From NCBI GenBank assembly GCA_049684795.1, contig JBAVGL010000332.1:1-56731 (forward strand): a stretch of 56,731 nucleotides of DNA, in the 5' to 3' direction. Source of the DNA: Chitinivibrionales bacterium (GTDB lineage Bacteria > Fibrobacterota > Chitinivibrionia > Chitinivibrionales > FEN-1185). Positions 51,033 through 56,731 of the stretch are shown in pieces. Every line of letters begins with the position of its first letter. Position 1 is the first letter of the stretch. The position numbers and the translations under genes were made by a program. Below the pieces are notes generated by a model. It saw only the letters and a program-made list of their open reading frames with translations, was not told where the DNA came from and ran no database searches.

Positions 51033-51830
51033 ATGATAAACATCCGCGCATCAATGCTACCTTCTTACGCCGACTGTCCACGCCGGGGAGCGGCTAAACA
51101 ATGGCGGTCTATTATAACGGAGATGGGATTTACTCTCAAATATTTACCGCCGTCTATCGGCGCCGCGATCGGTACAGGTTGTCACGAAGCATCTAAAATC
51201 ATGGTAGGCCATAAAATGGCAGGGACAAAACATAATAAAAACGATGCGATTGATTCCGCTATTGCATCCATGCAGGCCGAGACGGTCGAGGGGGTAAACA
51301 TGGATCAGACTACCACTTCAATAAATGATGCGGAAAAACAGATTCGTTTGTTAGTTACAGCGTTCGACAATGACGTTCTGCCGGTTATACATCCTGTCGA
51401 AATCGAAACCCAGTGCGAGGCATCGGTTACTGAGGACGTGACATTCTCCGGACGGTTTGACATCCTGCAAGAAAATGAGGAAATCGATGATTGGAAGTTC
51501 GGCTCGAAATTGTCGTATTATGGTTCTCAACTTGGCGGGTATTCAATTCTGAAAAAATCAAAAACCGGAAAATCAGTCAAACAGGTCTCGATTTACCATC
51601 TGCCTCGGACTTCAATTAAAAAAGTTTATCCCGGAACGAAGCGTCACATATTCGATCTTGCTTCATGCGAAAAAGCGGCCTATTATACAATACGAAAAAT
51701 CGAAGTCGAAATGCAAAAATTTATACAGACTCAAAATCCGTGGTGTTTCCCGGCCAACCCTATGAGCATGATGTGTTCTGAAAAATATTGCCCGGCGTAT
51801 AAAACCTCTTTCTGCGACATGGTTCAATAA
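51033..51830 (+). CDS. Cas4/RecB-like PD-(D/E)XK exonuclease with a Cys cluster
   Basis: GRFDIL...EEIDDWKFG is the D..(D/E)xK motif. QLGGYS is the QxxxY motif. One N-terminal Cys (YADCPRR) and C-terminal cysteines (CFPAN..MCSEKYCPAYKTSFC) suggest an Fe-S site. Confidence 0.65.
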   Translation: MINIRASMLPSYADCPRRGAAKQWRSIITEMGFTLKYLPPSIGAAIGTGCHEASKIMVGHKMAGTKHNKNDAIDSAIASMQAETVEGVNMDQTTTSINDAEKQIRLLVTAFDNDVLPVIHPVEIETQCEASVTEDVTFSGRFDILQENEEIDDWKFGSKLSYYGSQLGGYSILKKSKTGKSVKQVSIYHLPRTSIKKVYPGTKRHIFDLASCEKAAYYTIRKIEVEMQKFIQTQNPWCFPANPMSMMCSEKYCPAYKTSFCDMVQ

Positions 51831-52016
51831 ATGGATAAAGTTTCGGGAAAGTTAATTAATCTATGCGCTCAATTATCGGATAAAATGACAAAAGAGCAAT
51901 ACAACGATTTTATTCTCTGCATTAAAACGGTCAGATGGATTATGAAAACAGTTACGATTGATATTGTAACAACTATTGACATATCAAATAAACCCCTCAA
52001 AGGAGCTAAATCATGA
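51831..52016 (+). CDS. Small hypothetical protein
   Basis: 61 aa, tightly packed between the nuclease and SSB-like genes. Confidence 0.35.
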   Translation: MDKVSGKLINLCAQLSDKMTKEQYNDFILCIKTVRWIMKTVTIDIVTTIDISNKPLKGAKS

Positions 52017-53101
52017 ATGAAATTGTGACATACATCCCCGCTGATCCGTATGAGAAAGGAAAATCCCCGCTGATCCGGAATTTAATGCCGGGCCTCACGG
52101 AAATCGGGAAAATCAAAATCGGCAGGAAAGGTGAATTGCGAACCGGCCCAAATGGACAATGGCGCGTCCCGGTCCGCCTCGACCATTTCATCGTCACGAC
52201 GCTCGAACGCGACAAGGACGATAATTTCATCCAAAACGCCACGATCATGAAATTACTCGGCGAGAAACCGAAGCGCATTCCGATTTGTCTTTTGTTCGAT
52301 TCCATCGAGGCGAATTTCCAGTCTCGGTATTCCTGCTATAACGGGAAAACACTGTGGTGCTCCGGTGATGGTGTGAGAGCGTATCGTCAAGTCAAACTCA
52401 ACAGCCCCAGGGAACCTGTCGATTGTCCATGTGGGAGAGAACAGCCGGACCATAAAGGCAAGGACAAGTGCAAAATAAACGGATGCCTGTCCTGCATGAT
52501 AAATGGGGCGGATACCGTCGGCGGCATTTTTAAATATCGCACGACAGGGTATAATTCCACGGTTGGAATAATGTCATCCCTCTCCCTCATCCGTGCCATG
52601 ACGGGCGGCCTTCTCGCCGGACTCGATCTCGCACTCACTGTGCAACCGAAGGTCGGCACGGACCCGGACGGGAAATCGGTTACAATCCAGGTCGTAGGTG
52701 TGGAGTTCAACGGATCAATTCAAACCTTGCACAAAAAAGCATTGCAAATCGCAACCGAAAACGCGGATTTCCGCATGCGCCTCGCGCATGTTGAGGATGA
52801 TGTCAAGCGCCTCATCGGAGTCGATACCGAGGCAATCGACCAGGCCGCCGACATCACGGAAGAATTTTATCCCGAAGATGAACCCACACCGAAACTTGCA
52901 GAACCGACAGTGGCCGCTCCGGCATCGATTTCTCCTACGACACTACCTCCGACAACACCGCCGCCTGCAAAAGCGAAAAGAGCCAAGAAAACCGAGACCG
53001 CGCCAGTGGTCGAACCTGCACCTACGCCTGCACCGGTTCCTCCTCCTATTGCCGTTCCTGCCGGGTCTGACGTCAACCTTTTCGATATGGGAGACGAATA
53101 A
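52013..53101 (+). CDS. Putative ssDNA-binding / recombination mediator protein
   Basis: 362 aa with a Cys cluster (CSGDG..CPCG..CKINGCLSC) and a long P/A/T-rich linker. The acidic C-terminal tip (DVNLFDMGDE) resembles SSB tails. The family was not recognised with certainty. Confidence 0.4.
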   Translation: MNEIVTYIPADPYEKGKSPLIRNLMPGLTEIGKIKIGRKGELRTGPNGQWRVPVRLDHFIVTTLERDKDDNFIQNATIMKLLGEKPKRIPICLLFDSIEANFQSRYSCYNGKTLWCSGDGVRAYRQVKLNSPREPVDCPCGREQPDHKGKDKCKINGCLSCMINGADTVGGIFKYRTTGYNSTVGIMSSLSLIRAMTGGLLAGLDLALTVQPKVGTDPDGKSVTIQVVGVEFNGSIQTLHKKALQIATENADFRMRLAHVEDDVKRLIGVDTEAIDQAADITEEFYPEDEPTPKLAEPTVAAPASISPTTLPPTTPPPAKAKRAKKTETAPVVEPAPTPAPVPPPIAVPAGSDVNLFDMGDE

Positions 53102-53103
53102 TC

Positions 53104-54774
53104 ATGACAACCATTACCGTCACTAATTTCCGAGCGCTCAAATCTGCCGTAATTAAACTCGCCAAAATCGTTTTGATTGCGGCAGATAACGAGGGTGGAA
53201 AAACGAGTTTTGTTCAGGCCTGCCGGGCCGTGCTCACCAGTCAAACCATGCCGATCGATGGATTGATAAAAAAACATGCTTCATTATTGGTACATTCCGG
53301 GACAACAGGTTGCGAAATTTCCTGCGCAAGCGATGAAGGCGAATCGAAAATCACCTTCCCGGAAATGGTAAAAACGGTCTCAGGAAAACCGCTGGAAATA
53401 TCGGAATACGCTTCGGGCGCAAAATCAATTCTTGATACCGAAACAAAATTCCGCTCGAATATTATTTCTGACATGTTGAAATGTAGTCCGACAAAAACGG
53501 AATTAATGAAAGCCCTGGGCGCGAATGATATCCTTGATTCTGTTGTCGCCGATAAAATCTGGCAAACGGTCGAGGCCCAGGGTTGGGACGCAGCGCTCGG
53601 ACTTGCCAAAGAAACCGGTTCCAAAAATAAAACTCTCTGGGAATCCGTTACCATGGAAAATTACGGCGCCAAGAAAGCCTCCGAATGGATGCCAAAGGAA
53701 TGGGCGCCGGATTTATCTACGGCAAAACGGGAAGACCTGGAAGGTGTTTTAAAACAAGAGCAGGAATGGCTCGAAGTAGCCATTTCCGACAACGCGGTAA
53801 ACGATTCGGAAAATACACGGCTAAAAATCGACGCGGCAAAATACCCTCTCATTAACGATAAAATATCGAAACTTGAAGCGATCCTCGGAAACGAGACCCA
53901 GCTTAAAGCCGAAGTCGTTAAAGTCCTTGCCGGTCTTCCGCTTGCGAAACAGCCTGACATTGAGAACTGCCCGCATTGTAAACAACCTCTCGCAATCATA
54001 AACGGGAAAATCAGTCCGGTCAAGGTCCTGACCGATGCGGAACTTAAAAGGCGCGCGGAGAACATCAAGGACGCGGAAGAACAAATCCGAATTCTATCGG
54101 CAGGATTGACAACGAAGAACAATGAAATGATCGCGTTGCGCGCTCAGAAAAACGTCGCGCTCGATGCTGACAAAAAACTCAAGGTGCTTGCCAATCAAAA
54201 GCCCCAAAACGGTAATAAAAAAAACAAAGTCGAGGATTGTCGAACGAAGGTCCAAGCAGCCGCAGATCGTTTAAATGCGTTTGATCGGCGCACGTCCGCC
54301 GTGAAATATGCCGCACTCATTGAAACGAATCAAAAAATCATCGAAATTCTTTCACCTGCCGGATTGCGTCTTTCCATTTTAAAAAACAAGCTCTCAGAAT
54401 TCAACGTGCTCATGAAATCGCTATGTGATTCGGCAGGATGGGCAGTCGTAGAACTCAAAGATGATATGTCCATCACATACCGAGGCACCCCGTTCATGCT
54501 TATATCGACGGCAGCGCAGTTTAAAACCCGATGCGTGTTGCAGGTCGCGTCGGCAAAAATCGACGGTTCGCCGTTGGTTTTAATCGATGCGGCCGACGTT
54601 CTCGCATCTCAGGAAAACCGTAACGGCCTGTTTAAATTTCTTCTCACCGCCGAAATTAATGCAATCGTCACCATGGCTTTCGGGGGAACGAAACGAATTC
54701 CGAATTTAAATACGGTAGACGGACGCTCGTATTGGATAAATGACGGGACCATGGAGGAATTAACTGCCTCTTGA
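53104..54774 (+). CDS. Rad50/SbcC-like (SMC-type) ATPase
   Basis: N-terminal ITVTNFRAL...IAADNEGGKTSF is Walker A. The central coiled coil carries CPHC (zinc-hook-like). C-terminal LVLIDAADVL is the Walker B / D-loop. Confidence 0.65.
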   Translation: MTTITVTNFRALKSAVIKLAKIVLIAADNEGGKTSFVQACRAVLTSQTMPIDGLIKKHASLLVHSGTTGCEISCASDEGESKITFPEMVKTVSGKPLEISEYASGAKSILDTETKFRSNIISDMLKCSPTKTELMKALGANDILDSVVADKIWQTVEAQGWDAALGLAKETGSKNKTLWESVTMENYGAKKASEWMPKEWAPDLSTAKREDLEGVLKQEQEWLEVAISDNAVNDSENTRLKIDAAKYPLINDKISKLEAILGNETQLKAEVVKVLAGLPLAKQPDIENCPHCKQPLAIINGKISPVKVLTDAELKRRAENIKDAEEQIRILSAGLTTKNNEMIALRAQKNVALDADKKLKVLANQKPQNGNKKNKVEDCRTKVQAAADRLNAFDRRTSAVKYAALIETNQKIIEILSPAGLRLSILKNKLSEFNVLMKSLCDSAGWAVVELKDDMSITYRGTPFMLISTAAQFKTRCVLQVASAKIDGSPLVLIDAADVLASQENRNGLFKFLLTAEINAIVTMAFGGTKRIPNLNTVDGRSYWINDGTMEELTAS

Positions 54775-54920
54775 ATAAATATAAGTGCTCATGCGGTTTC
54801 AAATGGGAAGTTGAGAAAGACGTTCCCCGCAAACAGATTCCGGCGCGATCTATTTGCCCTTGCGGGAAACAAGGGCATTTAATAAAACCAAGGAAAAAAC
54901 GTGTTGGATGTAATGGTTGA
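54771..54920 (+). CDS. Possible small zinc-ribbon protein (TTG start)
   Basis: 49 aa, not in the ORF track: LNKYKCSCGFKWE...ICPCGKQGH. The start overlaps the upstream stop (TTGA). Confidence 0.3.
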   Translation: MNKYKCSCGFKWEVEKDVPRKQIPARSICPCGKQGHLIKPRKKRVGCNG

Positions 54921-55013
54921 AAAAATAGAACCGCTATTCAGCACCCGTTGATTGGTTAGCTGACTCAGACTTTTCTTTAAACCCAAACTGTAAAAATACC
55001 GGATGCACTCTTT

Positions 55014-55211
55014 CTATCTCTTGGGTGTTTTGCATGATTGAGCCCCCAGATGTCCTTTGGTTAGCTTAATCAATATCACCATCATCTCATCCCGAGTGAA
55101 ATAACCGGTGTTATTTTTTGTGACACTTCCATTACGCGGGACCACACCGGCAGCACGACATATCTGCTCATACATACCATCCCGTTTATAAATATGTTTT
55201 TTACTCATCAT
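55014..55211 (-). CDS. Small hypothetical protein
   Basis: 65-aa ORF 6 nt downstream of the preceding gene. Confidence 0.35.
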   Translation of the reverse strand: MMSKKHIYKRDGMYEQICRAAGVVPRNGSVTKNNTGYFTRDEMMVILIKLTKGHLGAQSCKTPKR

Positions 55212-55217
55212 TTGCTC

Positions 55218-55505
55218 CTACTCTATATGTGTAAATAAATCTTCCGGATTAACGGTCTTAAATAATGTTTTTAAAACTCCTTTTATTCCCATAGTAGTAT
55301 AGTCAGCGATAACATCTGCCGCTATATCAAATGAAACGAAATTTTTTAATTTTTCTTTTGATATATAATACCCATACCCTAACGACTCAGTGGTATTTGT
55401 TTTAATTGTTATTCTGTTCATTCCTTGGCATTCATCGAATGAAATTTCCAGCTTCATACCTTTACCTCCTTCAACTGTGACCATAACAGTGTTGACATTT
55501 TCCAT
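55218..55505 (-). CDS. Hypothetical protein
   Basis: 95-aa ORF with no motif recognised. Confidence 0.4.
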   Translation of the reverse strand: MENVNTVMVTVEGGKGMKLEISFDECQGMNRITIKTNTTESLGYGYYISKEKLKNFVSFDIAADVIADYTTMGIKGVLKTLFKTVNPEDLFTHIE

Positions 55506-55570
55506 TCTACCGCAAGCGGTACGGTTATTTCATGAATAGTAGTCATTTAGTTCAACTTCTGAAGCATTGC

Positions 55571-56119
55571 TCATTCTATCCTCCCACACTCTTCAACATG
55601 ATGAAATTTGTTTGCCCACGCTGCCATACATCGCCACACTTGCATAGTACGTAACTCATGCTCTTTTGGGCATAATTTAATAGCATGGTAAAGTAACTGT
55701 AAAAATATTTTTTCATCTACTATCATTTTAGTGGATGTACATTGTAAAGGAAAAGAGGCGTAGTCAAGATCGGCCCCTGTGAGATTAGCCCCTGAGAGAT
55801 CGGCATCAGTGAGATTGGCCCCGTGGAGATTAGCCCCTGTGAGATTAGCCCCTATGAGATTAGCCCCTGAGAGATCGGCATCAGTGAGATTGGCCCCGTG
55901 GAGATGGGCCTGACGGAGATCGGCCTCAGTGAGATTGGCCTCTGTGAGATCGGCCTTCGTGAGATCGGCCCCTGAGAGATCGGCCCCTGAGAGATCGGCA
56001 TCAGTGAGATTGGCCCCGTAGAGATTGGCCTCAGTGAGATCGGCCTTGACACCACCGTCCTCATCATTGAGCCACTTTTTATGCAGCTCTAAAACTTTTT
56101 TAATTTCTTCTTCGTTCAT
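55571..56119 (-). CDS. Pentapeptide-repeat protein
   Basis: About 20 consecutive A(D/N)L(T/S)xA-type pentapeptides ([28 protein letters not shown]...), with non-repeat N- and C-terminal caps. RBS AAGGAGGA upstream. Confidence 0.85.
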   Translation of the reverse strand: MNEEEIKKVLELHKKWLNDEDGGVKADLTEANLYGANLTDADLSGADLSGADLTKADLTEANLTEADLRQAHLHGANLTDADLSGANLIGANLTGANLHGANLTDADLSGANLTGADLDYASFPLQCTSTKMIVDEKIFLQLLYHAIKLCPKEHELRTMQVWRCMAAWANKFHHVEECGRIE

Positions 56120-56358
56120 CGTGTCCTCCTTGGTAAAGGTTTTGTTCTTTTGTTCAATAATATAAATATATAATCAAAACAAACTAATGCCAAACATTTT
56201 TTTAATTTTTTTTAATTTTTTTTAATTTAATTAATACTTAAATTTTTAAAGCAATACTATACTGCCCATATTTTTACATTTATATAAAGGAGGGAATGAT
56301 AATTATTTATTTAAAAAAATAAATAAATATATATAATATATATGTAGGGTAAAAGTGG

Positions 56359-56392
56359 AAAAACGCATTACGGTTATTTGTAGTGCGTTTTT
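56359..56392. terminator. Strong bidirectional intrinsic terminator hairpin
   Basis: AAAAACGCATTAC-ggttatttg-GTAGTGCGTTTTT is a 13-bp stem with one mismatch, with T runs on both strands. It lies 12 nt downstream of the minus-strand lipoprotein ORF. Confidence 0.7.
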
Positions 56393-56403
56393 TTGTTGAA
56401 GGT

Positions 56404-56625
56404 TTATTTTTTCTGGCACGCTTCGTATTGGGCTTTCCAATACGCCGGGGCAATGAGCAGCGCCCGATACGTCGCCGTGGAAAGCGTCGTGAGGCTATCG
56501 GTCTGAGAGCACACCGCCGAAGGAACTACTTTAATTACTTGGCGGGAGCAGTTCGTCAATGATAGCATCGTTAGCAGCAACGTCATGGCTACCAATTGCA
56601 TTATCGATTTTCTGTTTTTCTTCAT
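56404..56625 (-). CDS. Lipoprotein (o-spanin candidate)
   Basis: Start set at MKKNRKSIMQLVAMTLLLTMLSLTNCSRQ, a signal peptide plus an atypical lipobox (L-T-N-C). It overlaps the upstream ORF in another frame, as Rz/Rz1 pairs do. Confidence 0.4.
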   Translation of the reverse strand: MKKNRKSIMQLVAMTLLLTMLSLTNCSRQVIKVVPSAVCSQTDSLTTLSTATYRALLIAPAYWKAQYEACQKK

Positions 56626-56731
56626 TGTAAATCGTCTCCGGATTTGCTGATTGTTTTTCTGAGTATAAAAGCTGGCCCGCAAGAGCCAGCATTATGTCTA
56701 ACAATTTGTCAATTATTGTTAGTACCATCAT
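56531..56731 (-). CDS. Hypothetical protein overlapping the lipoprotein ORF (possible i-spanin-like partner)
   Basis: 66 aa. The ATG sits at the very end of the window. If the sequence is circular it follows the stop of the 8-511 gene within about 10 nt. The N-terminal hydrophobic stretch is interrupted by charges, so spanin identity is doubtful. Confidence 0.3.
   Translation of the reverse strand: MMVLTIIDKLLDIMLALAGQLLYSEKQSANPETIYNEEKQKIDNAIGSHDVAANDAIIDELLPPSN

Noticed and set aside
55740-56045. 15-nt periodic DNA repeats (gagatcggcccctgagagatcggc...).
   Set aside because: They are the coding image of the pentapeptide repeats in ORF 55571-56119. The alternative-frame ORF 55852-56067 is a by-product of that periodicity.
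1-56731. A search for tRNA genes, an integrase/attP site, a CI/Cro-type repressor, a DNA polymerase and a tail sheath.
   Set aside because: I saw no T-loop-like GGTTCGAATCC motifs in intergenic regions, no tyrosine or serine recombinase motifs, and no polymerase or sheath-sized candidates. Absence judged by eye is not proof.

Overview
The window reads as a complete, circularly permuted genome (about 56.7 kb) of a tailed dsDNA phage. It has a tape measure and no sheath gene, so it looks siphovirus-like. The host is probably Gram-negative, judged from a GH108 endolysin and lipoprotein ORFs. No integrase, DNA polymerase, tRNA or CRISPR array was seen.

Layout:
- 1-33.9 kb, minus strand: lysis genes, tail fibres, tail tip, Dit, tape measure, chaperones, tail tube and terminator. 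Then a roughly 9-kb glycosyltransferase / methyltransferase / radical-SAM island. Then head-tail joining genes, major capsid protein, protease-scaffold fusion, a ferritin-like protein, a portal-MuF fusion, TerL and TerS.
- 33.9-34.8 kb: an AT-rich non-coding control region with a microsatellite, a 48-nt alternating Py-Pu tract and GCACAC repeats.
- 34.8-37.3 kb, plus strand: two ribbon-helix-helix regulators and Cys-rich small proteins.
- 37.2-50.9 kb, minus strand: primase-helicase, a nucleic-acid methyltransferase, an RlmN/Cfr-like radical SAM enzyme, a second radical SAM enzyme, an SNF2-helicase/DNA-methylase fusion, VRR-NUC, an SF2 helicase and many small ORFs. Most of these are preceded by one recurring promoter-like and hairpin cassette.
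- 51.0-54.9 kb, plus strand: a recombination module with a Cas4-like nuclease, an SSB-like protein and a Rad50/SbcC-like ATPase.
- 55.0-56.7 kb, minus strand: small ORFs, a pentapeptide-repeat protein, and a lipoprotein ORF pair that continues the lysis cassette across the window ends.

Most notable findings:
- the virion-module glycan island
- the methyltransferase / radical-SAM cluster
- the ferritin-like gene inside the head-assembly module
- the repeated intergenic cassette, including three near-identical palindromic copies that stay in frame

All functional calls come from motifs read by eye. No database search was run.
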